Shown piece by piece: positions 45,930 to 55,112 of a stretch of DNA of 64,000 nt. The stretch covers positions 19,003 through 83,002 of the forward strand of contig MFYT01000023.1 in the NCBI GenBank assembly GCA_001789205.1, in the 5' to 3' direction. A program made the translations under genes and the position numbers. Source of the stretch: Candidatus Raymondbacteria bacterium RIFOXYA2_FULL_49_16. Its GTDB lineage: Bacteria; Fibrobacterota; OXYB2-FULL-49-7; XYB2-FULL-49-35. The notes beneath the pieces were generated by a model. It saw nothing but the letters and a program-made list of their open reading frames with translations. It was not told the origin of the DNA and searched no databases. The first letter of the stretch is position 1; each line of letters begins with the position of its first letter.

Positions 45930-47822
45930 ATGAGATTATTAGTCTGGCTTCTATTGTCTTCCCCGCTTCTCATTACCGCTCAAAACATCGCCAATATCAA
46001 CAGCGACACACTGAACAACAAAGCACTGCTTCCCATATCCGACACCGCGAAAATCCCGGAAATGAACTTCAAAGACGCTGATATCCGCGATGTTCTCCGC
46101 ACCCTTGGCATGCAATATAGCCTCAACATCTGGCTCTCACCAGACGTCAGAGGCAACATCCCGGTCAATTTCAAAAACATCAAAGTCAAAGACGCCCTGG
46201 ATTTTATCATTACCAAATACGGTTTTCAGTACAAAATCCGCAATGGCATCATAGAGGTCTCCAAGCCCACTCCGCCGCCAGCACCGCCACCGCCAAAGAT
46301 CCCCTGCGTTGTCAAACTCGTAAACGGCAACCTCTCGCTTGATCTCCGCCAGGCTTCCATTGATACAGTGATCAGACTCATCATGAACGAATGCAGCGAA
46401 AACATCATTGTTGAAAAAGGCGTTACTGGAACCTTGACATGCCTTTTGAACGAAATTCCGCTCGAAAAAGCCCTTACAGCTCTTTTTGAGAGCAATGGTT
46501 TTGAGATTGTAAAAAAGAACGGAATCTGGTATGTGGGCAAACCTGTTTGGACAGCAAGCAAAGACGAAGGTGGACAGAAAAGCAGGCTTGCCATTAACGT
46601 GGATAGCGGCAAGGTGAAGATGGAAGTGACCGACGCCTCGCTGGGCGATGTCATAAACATCATAAGCTCCCGGGCGGGCATGTCCATCTTTGTGTACGGC
46701 AGGCTCGAAGGCAAAATCAGCGCAAAAGTAGAGGACTTCATTCCAGTGGACGACGCACTTAAATATCTCCTTACCAACACCAAGTACACTTTCTGGAAGG
46801 AAAAAGGCATATATTTCATAGGGGAAAACACAGCCCAGGCAGTCAATACCGCTGAACTGGTAAAGCTTAAATACATGAAGGCAGAAGACGTATCAAAACT
46901 TCTTCCAGAAGCCATCATGAAAAGCCTCAGGGTCAATGTACTCAAGGAGCAGAACGGGATTATTTTTGTGGGCACATACGATTATATTTCATCCGCAAAA
47001 GAGTTCATCAACATCGTGGACCAGCCAATTGCCCAAATACTCATCGAAGCGCTCGTTGTTGATTTTTCAATCACAAAAGCGCGTTCAATAGGATTAAAGC
47101 TGTTTACCGCAGGGGGCAAGGCAGGCGGCCAATCATTGTTTCCAGATGTTAATATTACCGCCACTGGGGATGATATCAATAGCCTCAGGGACCAGCCCAT
47201 CAGTGATTACTTTACATTAAAACAAATTGCCCGCCTACCCTCGCAGTTCAGGGCCCAGATAAGCGCCCTTGAGCAGGAGGGGCTTGCAAACGTGGTTTCC
47301 ACCCCGCAAATAGCAACGCTCAATGGCAACAATGCCACGATACTGATAGGAACCACCCAATATTTTCTCCTCAGGTCATCCATCACCACAACCGGCGTAA
47401 ACCCTGTTGTTTCGCAAAGCCAGCATTTTGAACAGATAAACGCGGATGTAAGCCTTTCGGTCACACCCTGGCTCACTGGGGACAGGGAGGTTACGGTTGA
47501 AGTCATGCCAAGTTTCCACATACCCGGCAATTCAGTGAACGACAGCATACCGCCGCCCATCAACAAACGAGAGATCAAGTCAACAGTCCGTTTACGCGAT
47601 GGGGAGACGTATGTTCTGGGCGGCCTCATTGAAGAAACAGAGCGCAAGTCCATGAGCGGGTTGCCCTATTTGTCCAAGATACCATTCCTGGGCTGGTTTT
47701 TCCGGACCAACAAGACCGAACACCTCAAGACCCGCATGATGATCTTTCTTACACCCCACATTTACTATGGCAACGAAGGGGCTGTTGACAAAGTAAAGAT
47801 GATCAAGAGCCTGCAGGAATAG
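45930..47822 (+). CDS. gspD: secretin (T2SS GspD / PilQ family)
   Basis: C-terminal secretin domain: VVSTPQIATLNGNNATILIG, GETYVLGGLIEETERKSMSGLPYLSKIPFLGWFF, MIFLTPHIY. N-terminal N0-like domains and a Pro-rich linker PPPAPPPPKIP. Confidence 0.85.
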   Translation: MRLLVWLLLSSPLLITAQNIANINSDTLNNKALLPISDTAKIPEMNFKDADIRDVLRTLGMQYSLNIWLSPDVRGNIPVNFKNIKVKDALDFIITKYGFQYKIRNGIIEVSKPTPPPAPPPPKIPCVVKLVNGNLSLDLRQASIDTVIRLIMNECSENIIVEKGVTGTLTCLLNEIPLEKALTALFESNGFEIVKKNGIWYVGKPVWTASKDEGGQKSRLAINVDSGKVKMEVTDASLGDVINIISSRAGMSIFVYGRLEGKISAKVEDFIPVDDALKYLLTNTKYTFWKEKGIYFIGENTAQAVNTAELVKLKYMKAEDVSKLLPEAIMKSLRVNVLKEQNGIIFVGTYDYISSAKEFINIVDQPIAQILIEALVVDFSITKARSIGLKLFTAGGKAGGQSLFPDVNITATGDDINSLRDQPISDYFTLKQIARLPSQFRAQISALEQEGLANVVSTPQIATLNGNNATILIGTTQYFLLRSSITTTGVNPVVSQSQHFEQINADVSLSVTPWLTGDREVTVEVMPSFHIPGNSVNDSIPPPINKREIKSTVRLRDGETYVLGGLIEETERKSMSGLPYLSKIPFLGWFFRTNKTEHLKTRMMIFLTPHIYYGNEGAVDKVKMIKSLQE

Positions 47823-47870
47823 GGGCTGGCAGAAGTGTGGGTACAAGTGAATTCATCCCCCAAAAATGTA

Positions 47871-47906
47871 TTTTTTTTGAATGCCCCCCCTAACAGGGGG
47901 GCATTC
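47871..47906 (+). other. perfect 11-bp G/C-rich hairpin preceded by T8, between gspD and the gspL-like gene
   Basis: TTTTTTTT GAATGCCCCCC ctaaca GGGGGGCATTC. The U-tract lies 5' of the stem on the plus strand, so it is not a canonical intrinsic terminator in either orientation. Confidence 0.4.
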
Positions 47907-48096
47907 CCGCGAACATTACTATGGGGGGTAAAATATTAAGTCCTTTATCCGTGGTATTTCTTATTCCCTGCATAACTCTTCCTGCCTTGGCGTCACACCC
48001 AACGGCACGACCACTCTCCCCCAAAACTTTGATCCAGACGGCGAACGCCTTACCCTCTCATATTTCGGCCATACCCTCATCATCCGGGTTCTTGAA

Positions 48097-49275
48097 GTGC
48101 CAGTTGCCGAGGACACGCTCGACTGGCTCATGAAGCACCCTGAGGCATTCCTGCCGCATTCCATGACCTTTGATGATGTCTGTTTTGATTACATCGTGCA
48201 ATCATCCGACAACACCGTGAACAGCGTGGTTGTCGCAATTGCAAGAAAAGACGCGCTTGACCAGGAACTGGAAATATTCAGAAAGTCCGGGTTCCGGTTT
48301 TCGCGCATAACCAATGGCCCCCTTGAATTCATCCTTGCAAACCTGCAAAAATTTGAACAAACAGCATGCGGGGTTGTGCTTATAGAGAAGGAGCAGGCCT
48401 TTGTTTTTGTCCTGGTAAACAGGGACATAAAATTATACAAGCATATTACTATCGGAACCCATGCTGCGGCAAATGACATCAAACAGTTCATAGAAGAAAT
48501 AGATCCTGTGCTTGTCCAATATTGGGAAATGAATTTGTATGGAACACCCATTGAAACATGGTACATTGCAGGCGAATGTCCTTTGTACATAGATTATTGC
48601 AAACAGCAGGGTCGCAATGTTACGCAAATGCAAAGTGCGTTTCAGTCTGTCGGTGAAGAAATCGTATTTCACACGGCAATGTCAACAAGCAAGAAGGGCG
48701 GCAACAGGATCCAGCTTGCGCAGAAGACAGACAAAGACCTTGCCCGTCGCATGCGTTTTAAGAGGGTTTACCGGGTAGCCGCCAATATCGGCCTTGCCGC
48801 AGCGGGACTTGTCATTGCGTTCCTGCTTTTGTTGCGCCTGGGCCTGTACGCATGGGATTACAATACCCGCGACGCATACGCCTCGTACAGCGGGACAATA
48901 GAAAAACTTAAGTCTGTTAAGCAGGAAAACAGAAAATTGTCCCTTGAACTGCGGCAGGACCAGGGCCTTTTTGCCAACAGGTCTGGCGTGTTCAGGCTTC
49001 TTGAATCTGTGCGCAACAGCGTCCCGGACTCAGCCTGGTTCTCATCGCTCAACTATCAGAAAGGCGTGGACAAGGGGCCGGAACTGCTTGTCACAGGCTT
49101 TGCCGTCAGGGAAGAGGCGCTTAAGAATTTATTGGTACAGCTCGAAAGCAAGAAGGAATTCGGCAAAGTGACGCTCAATTTTACCAAGGACATTCCCGCT
49201 GCAAAGGCCTTTGGGCTTTCCAAGGGCAAGGCGCGGTATGGGCTGGTTTATTTTAAAATTACAATGGCATTATGA
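48097..49275 (+). CDS. GspL-like bitopic assembly protein (PilM-like cytoplasmic domain, TM, PilN-like periplasmic coiled-coil domain)
   Basis: LMKHPEAFLPHSMTFDDVCFDYIV resembles the PilM/GspL actin-like N-terminal region. TM VAANIGLAAAGLVIAFLLLL, then a coiled-coil periplasmic part. The frame is open upstream to 47932 with PilM-like sequence (SFIRGISYS...) but no ATG. First in-frame GTG is 48097. Confidence 0.45.
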   Translation: MPVAEDTLDWLMKHPEAFLPHSMTFDDVCFDYIVQSSDNTVNSVVVAIARKDALDQELEIFRKSGFRFSRITNGPLEFILANLQKFEQTACGVVLIEKEQAFVFVLVNRDIKLYKHITIGTHAAANDIKQFIEEIDPVLVQYWEMNLYGTPIETWYIAGECPLYIDYCKQQGRNVTQMQSAFQSVGEEIVFHTAMSTSKKGGNRIQLAQKTDKDLARRMRFKRVYRVAANIGLAAAGLVIAFLLLLRLGLYAWDYNTRDAYASYSGTIEKLKSVKQENRKLSLELRQDQGLFANRSGVFRLLESVRNSVPDSAWFSSLNYQKGVDKGPELLVTGFAVREEALKNLLVQLESKKEFGKVTLNFTKDIPAAKAFGLSKGKARYGLVYFKITMAL

Positions 49276-49826
49276 AACAGTTTGCCTTTATAACAGATAA
49301 TCCTGGTTTCCGGAAATACAGGTTCGAGATATTATCAGCCATTGTCCTGGCTGTTATCCTTGGCCTTGTGCTTTATATTATTCAGCCTCTTGCCAGTTCG
49401 TGTATGGACAATGTATCTGATCTTTTTGGCCGCAAAGAGGCAATTGCCGAAGCGCAGAACTTTGAGAAGAACCTGAAAAGGGTCATTGGCCAGAACAACG
49501 AGCTTAAAGCAAAGGCAGCAGGCCTTAAGATGAACATGTCCAATGGCCGCACGCTCTCAAACATCTACGCAATGGTAAATACGGCATCGAGCTCTTCAGG
49601 CATTACTGTTGTCACAACAAACGCTTTGCCGGAAGAAGAGGGGGGCAATTACATCAGGCTCAGGTTTGATATTGAGGTCAAAGGGCCGTATAACGCGGTG
49701 GGAGGTTTTTTGGAATCAATGGAAAAGTCCGGGTATATTGTAAGCGTCGATGAACTTGTCATGGACAATACCTTTGGACCTGAATTATCAGGCAAACTTC
49801 GAATATCGCTGTATTTATATAAATAA
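49272..49826 (+). CDS. GspM/PilO-like protein (N-terminal TM plus periplasmic domain)
   Basis: TM ILSAIVLAVILGLVLYII, a coiled-coil segment, 184 aa, ATGA overlap with the upstream gene. Assignment is by architecture and context only. Confidence 0.35.
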   Translation: MKQFAFITDNPGFRKYRFEILSAIVLAVILGLVLYIIQPLASSCMDNVSDLFGRKEAIAEAQNFEKNLKRVIGQNNELKAKAAGLKMNMSNGRTLSNIYAMVNTASSSSGITVVTTNALPEEEGGNYIRLRFDIEVKGPYNAVGGFLESMEKSGYIVSVDELVMDNTFGPELSGKLRISLYLYK

Positions 49827-49835
49827 CAATAAGTT

Positions 49836-50294
49836 ATGAAGAAAAAAGTAATAATTGTCATGATAGCCATAGCTGTTGTGGTCTGGGACATCAATTTACG
49901 CAAGATATTGTATGGCTTTAAAGGGGACGCTATAACAAGCCCTGATGAATCCAAACAGGATTCAGCCCAGATAACGTCTGTTAACGCGCCAGAAGGCCCT
50001 GCATTCAATCCAGAGGGCCGCGATCCATTTGGACCAGCAGTTATCAAGCAGCCTGCAAACAGCACACCCCAGAAGGTGGGTAAACCAACGCAGTCGGAAA
50101 CCCAGCCCCCGCCATGGAGGTTGGACGGCGTTCTTTGGCAAGAGGGCAACCCTGTTGCCATCTTAAAGCAGACCAATACTGACCGGACCGAGATGGTTAA
50201 GGAAAAAGGCGTTGTTGAAGAAATGGTTATTGAGAAGATCGAGAAGGACAAGGTGCATGTTCTTTACAGGAAAAAGGCCTTTGTCATCCAATAG
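49836..50294 (+). CDS. GspC/PilP-like protein
   Basis: TM MIAIAVVVW, Pro-rich linker, C-terminal beta-domain GVLWQEGNPVAILKQTNTDRTEMVKEKGVVEEMVIEKIEKDKVHVL resembling the PilP/GspC HR domain. Confidence 0.4.
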   Translation: MKKKVIIVMIAIAVVVWDINLRKILYGFKGDAITSPDESKQDSAQITSVNAPEGPAFNPEGRDPFGPAVIKQPANSTPQKVGKPTQSETQPPPWRLDGVLWQEGNPVAILKQTNTDRTEMVKEKGVVEEMVIEKIEKDKVHVLYRKKAFVIQ

Positions 50295-51630
50295 CCTCTC
50301 AAACCAGGATGGCTACATCGCCTACCTGGTACTCACGCTGCTTGTCATCATAGCCTTTCTGCTCAACGCTGTTTTTCTGGGCTATGCGCGGCAGAACAAG
50401 GGACTCGAAGATGCGAAGAAAAAGATACAGCTGGGATATGTTTTACGCGTGGCAGAGGATTATATAGGCAATCTTATGAATTCACCAGACGGGCCAATTG
50501 GCCTTTTGGCTGAAAATGAATTCAAAAAAGAACTCGATCCAGAGAGCGGTTTTATCATCTCCGCTTCACGAAAAGGGTGCGTGATGGATTGCGTCATAAA
50601 GGCCCGGTATAAAGACCGTGTCGTGACCGTGAACAAGACAATCGGGCAGAGGCACAAGTATCTCCAGAACAGCGCCCTGTACGTGTTTGGGGGCATGTCC
50701 GGGCTCATTCTCGGGGGCAAAGCAGCAATAGAAGGCGATGTGCATCTGCCGTCAGGAACAGTGAACACCAGCAGCTCGGGGTATTTTAGATATACAGGGC
50801 AGGTCCCGGTCAAAGGCCGGGTACTTGGCGATGCTGGCAAGTACGACGCATATCTCGATAACAGGCTTGCAATGGCAGAGGCTGCCACTGCCGAAGCCCT
50901 GATAAACAGGGTGGTGCAAAAAGGCGCAGGAGCTGCATCGGGCAATATATCAGGGGCCTTTTCAAACCCTGGCACTGTTTACGAACATTCTGGAGACGCA
51001 ATATTGGACAATGCTGGGTCAATTGATATGAACAAGGGTACGCTGGTAATGACCGGAAATTTATTTCTAAAGGGCCAGAGCTCCTTGTGTAACGGGTCTA
51101 TTTACATTAAAGGGGCCATTGAATTAAGGGACAACAGTTCACTTACTGAAGTTATTGTTGTTTCCGGAAACGGCATATCAGCATTTAATCAAACTGCGCT
51201 CAAGGGACAGTTTTTCACATCAGGGACAATAAGTATCAACAACTATACGATGTGCAGGAATTTCACATTATTATTTTCAGATCCAATGCTTTTCAATAAC
51301 GAGACAGGCAGTCCGGGAATCAGGATAATGGACCGGGCAAAAGTCCATGGCGTTGCTGTGTTGAACGCGCCAGAGCAATCCAGGAACATAGGGTTTGTTC
51401 TCGATGAAGAGGCAACTATCAATGGTTTTCTGTATTGTTCCGCAGGCGCGGACATTCGCGGCATGGTCATGGGCCAAACATGGGTCAGCACCCTTGCCTG
51501 CCAATACGACCGCACCCTGCACGGCAGCACCATGAAGGACGGCAGGCTTGAAGTTTTAAAACAGGACTGGCAAATCTATGTTCCCCCACTTTTTGGCGTA
51601 AAAAAGGACCTTGCGTTCTATGATGAATGA
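50257..51630 (+). CDS. large minor-pseudopilin-like protein (GspK-like?), N-terminal hydrophobic helix without Glu+5
   Basis: N-terminal ...NQDGYIAYLVLTLLVIIAFLLNAVFLGY (G then hydrophobic, Leu at +5). A large Gly/Asn-rich periplasmic domain follows. Start is uncertain: the frame is open from 50212 and overlaps the previous gene. Confidence 0.3.
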   Translation: MFFTGKRPLSSNSLSNQDGYIAYLVLTLLVIIAFLLNAVFLGYARQNKGLEDAKKKIQLGYVLRVAEDYIGNLMNSPDGPIGLLAENEFKKELDPESGFIISASRKGCVMDCVIKARYKDRVVTVNKTIGQRHKYLQNSALYVFGGMSGLILGGKAAIEGDVHLPSGTVNTSSSGYFRYTGQVPVKGRVLGDAGKYDAYLDNRLAMAEAATAEALINRVVQKGAGAASGNISGAFSNPGTVYEHSGDAILDNAGSIDMNKGTLVMTGNLFLKGQSSLCNGSIYIKGAIELRDNSSLTEVIVVSGNGISAFNQTALKGQFFTSGTISINNYTMCRNFTLLFSDPMLFNNETGSPGIRIMDRAKVHGVAVLNAPEQSRNIGFVLDEEATINGFLYCSAGADIRGMVMGQTWVSTLACQYDRTLHGSTMKDGRLEVLKQDWQIYVPPLFGVKKDLAFYDE

Positions 51631-51961
51631 AAAAGGTTTTACCATGGCCGAAGTCCTGGCAGCGCTGGTCATTTTCAGCCTTGTCGCGGTCCCTGCCACG
51701 CTTACCATGACACGGATTGCAAAGGGCCTAAAAACAACAGACAAGGTCCTTGGCCTGCGTATTGCCCAGGAATCGCTGAACACCAGCCTTGCCGATGAAT
51801 CGGAACGATATAATATCGAACGCGAAGTGATGATCAATGATAAAAAATGTAAAATTATCCGTATGGTTGAAGAAAACGATTTGTCCATTATCACGGTATC
51901 AGTATTCTGCCAGAGAAGACCCCTTGCATCGCTCAAAGGCTATATTTTCAGGAGGAGTTAG
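51611..51961 (+). CDS. minor pseudopilin (GspI-like)
   Basis: Prepilin-type N-terminus EKGFTMAEVLAALVIFSLVAV (G-F-T-x-x-E). 116 aa. Confidence 0.5.
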   Translation: MRSMMNEKGFTMAEVLAALVIFSLVAVPATLTMTRIAKGLKTTDKVLGLRIAQESLNTSLADESERYNIEREVMINDKKCKIIRMVEENDLSIITVSVFCQRRPLASLKGYIFRRS

Positions 51962-53154
51962 TGGCAAAATTTATTTATAAAGCAACAGACCTTCGGGGTT
52001 CCCATATCCAGGGCGAGCTTGAGGCAGCTTCAAAACAGGATGCTGTTGAGGCGCTCGAAAAGCGCAAACTGACTATTTTGTCTGTAAAACGCGACATTGA
52101 CCTTAATCCTTTTAAAAACCGGGTTTCGGGAGCAGTCATAAGCCGTTTTACGCGCCAGCTTTCGGCAATGGTAAGCAGCGGCCTTCCATTGGCAGAGGCC
52201 CTTGGGGTGCTGTCAAAACAGCGTGATTCGCGGAAAATGCAGACCATGGTACAATCTGTGCTCGATGATATAAAGGCAGGCAAACCCTTTCACGAAGCCC
52301 TTGGCAAGCACCAGGCAATACTGGGGCCATTGTATGTCAGCCTTGTTAAAGCGGGCGAAAGCGCAGGAGCCCTTGGCGAAATTCTGGAACGGCTTGCCGA
52401 CCATTTGGAAAAAAGTGATGCAATAAAACGCAAGGTACGCGGCGCGCTCCTGTACCCGGCAGTTATTTTGCTTGTCGCAATCTCAGCAGTCGCCATATTG
52501 CTGGTGTTCGTGGTCCCTTCTTTTGCAAAGATGTTCGCGGACCTCAATAAAGAATTGCCAATGCTTACCCTGGTGATAATAAACGCCTGTACTTTTATAA
52601 AGACGAAAATAATATTGATCCTTGCCGCGGTTGCGGCTCTTTTTCTTGCGTATGGCCGTGTAAAAAAGACCGCGCGTTTCAGATCTGCAATGGATGGGTT
52701 TGTTCTTAAAATACCCTATTTTGGCAGCCTGTTGAAAAAGGCGGCAATAGGCCGTTTTACCCGCACGCTTGCGACACTGCTTAAGGGTGGCGTTCCCCTG
52801 GTTAAGGCGCTTGAAATTTGCAGCGCAGCAGCGGGAAATATGCGGATCGAGAAAGTGATCCTGGACAGCGTTAGAAATGTTTCCAGCGGTAACCCTCTCC
52901 ATGAATCGCTTTCTAAGGACCCGCTTTTTCCTGAAATGACCATCCAGATGATTGCGGTGGGAGAAAAGATAGGGGAATTGTCTAAGATGATGGAACGGGT
53001 CGCGCTGTTTTACGACGGTGAGGTGTCTGCGGCAGTGGACAGCGTATTGTCCATTATCGAGCCAGTCATGATTGTTTTTCTTGCGGTAATTATTGGCGTT
53101 ATTCTTATTGCCATGTATTTACCGTTGTTCGACATGATGACAGGGATGAGCTGA
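51961..53154 (+). CDS. gspF: type II secretion / type IV pilus platform protein GspF/PilC
   Basis: Two repeated GspF domains. N-terminal MAKFIYKATDLRGSHIQGELEAASKQDAVEAL is typical. Three TM segments. 397 aa. Confidence 0.85.
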   Translation: MAKFIYKATDLRGSHIQGELEAASKQDAVEALEKRKLTILSVKRDIDLNPFKNRVSGAVISRFTRQLSAMVSSGLPLAEALGVLSKQRDSRKMQTMVQSVLDDIKAGKPFHEALGKHQAILGPLYVSLVKAGESAGALGEILERLADHLEKSDAIKRKVRGALLYPAVILLVAISAVAILLVFVVPSFAKMFADLNKELPMLTLVIINACTFIKTKIILILAAVAALFLAYGRVKKTARFRSAMDGFVLKIPYFGSLLKKAAIGRFTRTLATLLKGGVPLVKALEICSAAAGNMRIEKVILDSVRNVSSGNPLHESLSKDPLFPEMTIQMIAVGEKIGELSKMMERVALFYDGEVSAAVDSVLSIIEPVMIVFLAVIIGVILIAMYLPLFDMMTGMS

Positions 53155-53657
53155 TGCTGAAGAATCAGAAGGGTTACACCCTTACGGAACTTATCGTTGT
53201 ACTCCTGCTCATGTCCGTAGTATCGCTTTTTGCTTTTCAGGCATATTTGTATATCCAGAAACGGTATGTGGAATGGGAAAACGACAACCGGGCTGCCATG
53301 GTCATAATGCGGCTGACCCAGGGCCTTGAAGAGCATATTGGCAGGGCCAACCGGCTTATGATTGCTGAAAAAAGCAGTCTTGAATTACGGGACACAAAGG
53401 GTGTGCTCATCAAAGTTGAGGCAATGGACAGGAAACTGCTTATCGGGGACAGAAACATGCTCTCCGATGGGGCGTTGCTGCAACAGGTGGATTTCGAGTA
53501 CTCTTCGAGCGGAAAGCCCGAGGTGGAGGGCAACACCGGCGCCATTGATTGCGTGGCATATACCATAGTGTTCAGCCATGGAAAAAAGATATATTCATGT
53601 AAAGGAAGCATAGCCTTGCGTAAGCTCAATACATTCAACATTACGGGGACCGTATGA
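53154..53657 (+). CDS. pseudopilin (GspH/GspJ-like)
   Basis: Prepilin N-terminus QKGYTLTELIVVLLLMSVVSL. 167 aa. Confidence 0.55.
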   Translation: MLKNQKGYTLTELIVVLLLMSVVSLFAFQAYLYIQKRYVEWENDNRAAMVIMRLTQGLEEHIGRANRLMIAEKSSLELRDTKGVLIKVEAMDRKLLIGDRNMLSDGALLQQVDFEYSSSGKPEVEGNTGAIDCVAYTIVFSHGKKIYSCKGSIALRKLNTFNITGTV

Positions 53658-54082
53658 AGGGAAAAAGACGCACGCCGTTATTGAACCAGAAGGGGTTCAC
53701 GCTCACCGAACTTCTGGCCGTCATCATCATTATCGGCGTGCTGGCCATGATAGCTATTCCAAAATATATGAGCGTGGTTTCAAAGTCCAAAGTTGCTGAA
53801 TTCAAGCCCATTTTGCGGCAACTGTACACGCTGGAGCAGTCGCATTTTGACGAATATGGAAAGTACACATCAGATTTAGAAACTCTCAGTTTTGATGTGC
53901 CCAAATCTGAATTTTTCGATTATTCCATTGAATGCGACACGCTCCATTTTACCGCAAAGGCAGTGTGCAAGGGGAATATTAAGAATTCCAAAGGTGACCT
54001 TCTCAATGGCGAATGGGTGGGCATCACCGAAAAGGAAGACCGTGTGGGCAGTGATAAACTGAAGAAATTCGCGGGGTGGTGA
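53654..54082 (+). CDS. major pseudopilin / type IV pilin-like protein (GspG-like)
   Basis: QKGFTLTELLAVIIIIGVLAMIAIPKY is the class III signal plus N-terminal helix typical of GspG. 142 aa. Confidence 0.65.
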   Translation: MKGKRRTPLLNQKGFTLTELLAVIIIIGVLAMIAIPKYMSVVSKSKVAEFKPILRQLYTLEQSHFDEYGKYTSDLETLSFDVPKSEFFDYSIECDTLHFTAKAVCKGNIKNSKGDLLNGEWVGITEKEDRVGSDKLKKFAGW

Positions 54083-54188
54083 GCTATAGTTTGTTTAGGA
54101 AGATTAACACGAGGAGATCAAGGTATTTAATCTGTCATACCCCGAGGTAGACGAGCAATAAACACTTAAAGAAGATTGGAGTAAAATT

Positions 54189-55094
54189 ATGGCATATAAA
54201 AGATTAAAATTACTTATTATATGGGAAGTCTTATTGTTGGGTCAAATATATGGATCGACCTATATTACTATTTCGTCAGATAAAAAAGATTACTTGGTTT
54301 ACGACCCTATTTATTTAACAATGGAATTTGACACCTTAAAAGCGCCAGCTAATTTTATTTTTGGTAGTCTTGAAAATTCGAACGTTAATATGGTTTTAGT
54401 AATAGAAACTCCAAGTGGGATTCTTAGTTACACACCGCCAGAAACAGACATTACCATCGATAGAGAAGCATTTCGTATAGGTAGAATATATACTACTGAA
54501 TACGCTACAATCGTATTGCATAGAGGAATGGCAATAACGTCACTACCAGGGAAATACTTGTTATTCATTAGGCAAAAAACACAAAATAAAACAATATCCA
54601 ATAAAATTCAATTAGTCATATCAGAGCCAGTGTTAAATAATGATACAAAGGCAATGAGAATAATCAAAAACAAACCAGAAGCATATGCATTGTTTATATA
54701 TCTTGAAGGAGGAGAACATATTAAAGAAGGTTTTGCAATTCTTAAAGACCTTTGCGAAACAAATTCATCATATACAGAAATTGCCAAAACTGTATTAATG
54801 CTGAATTATAGCGAACGGTATTATGATTGGAAACAAAATAAAATTGAACGAGAAATAGATTTTAATAAAGTAGAGAAATATTTAAATGAAGTCGATATTG
54901 ACAAAATGCCTGAATATTTAAAATTAAGAATGTGTAGTAAAATATTACGGAACACCAATCGTGGTCGAATTAATAACTCTCTTTTTAATAAGCTGAATAC
55001 AATAAAGAATAATGTGACTGGTAGTAAACGAGTTCATAAAACACGCTTATATAATTTTTTAAAGATGAGTGACGGTTTAATAAAGAAGAACTGA
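54189..55094 (+). CDS. hypothetical secreted protein (low GC)
   Basis: Signal-like LKLLIIWEVLLLGQIYG. No recognisable domain. AT-rich. Confidence 0.35.
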   Translation: MAYKRLKLLIIWEVLLLGQIYGSTYITISSDKKDYLVYDPIYLTMEFDTLKAPANFIFGSLENSNVNMVLVIETPSGILSYTPPETDITIDREAFRIGRIYTTEYATIVLHRGMAITSLPGKYLLFIRQKTQNKTISNKIQLVISEPVLNNDTKAMRIIKNKPEAYALFIYLEGGEHIKEGFAILKDLCETNSSYTEIAKTVLMLNYSERYYDWKQNKIEREIDFNKVEKYLNEVDIDKMPEYLKLRMCSKILRNTNRGRINNSLFNKLNTIKNNVTGSKRVHKTRLYNFLKMSDGLIKKN

Positions 55095-55112
55095 ATTAAA
55101 AAGGATTATAAT

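Noticed and set aside
46226-46975. 249-aa minus-strand ORF
   Set aside because: Antisense within the secretin gene. The secretin reading frame carries the diagnostic motifs.
50257-51630. alternative reading of the 472-aa protein as a bactofilin or passenger-type beta-helix protein rather than a GspK-like pseudopilin
   Set aside because: Not excluded. I kept the pseudopilin-like call only because of the N-terminal G-hydrophobic helix and the operon position between GspC-like and GspI-like genes. Confidence is low.
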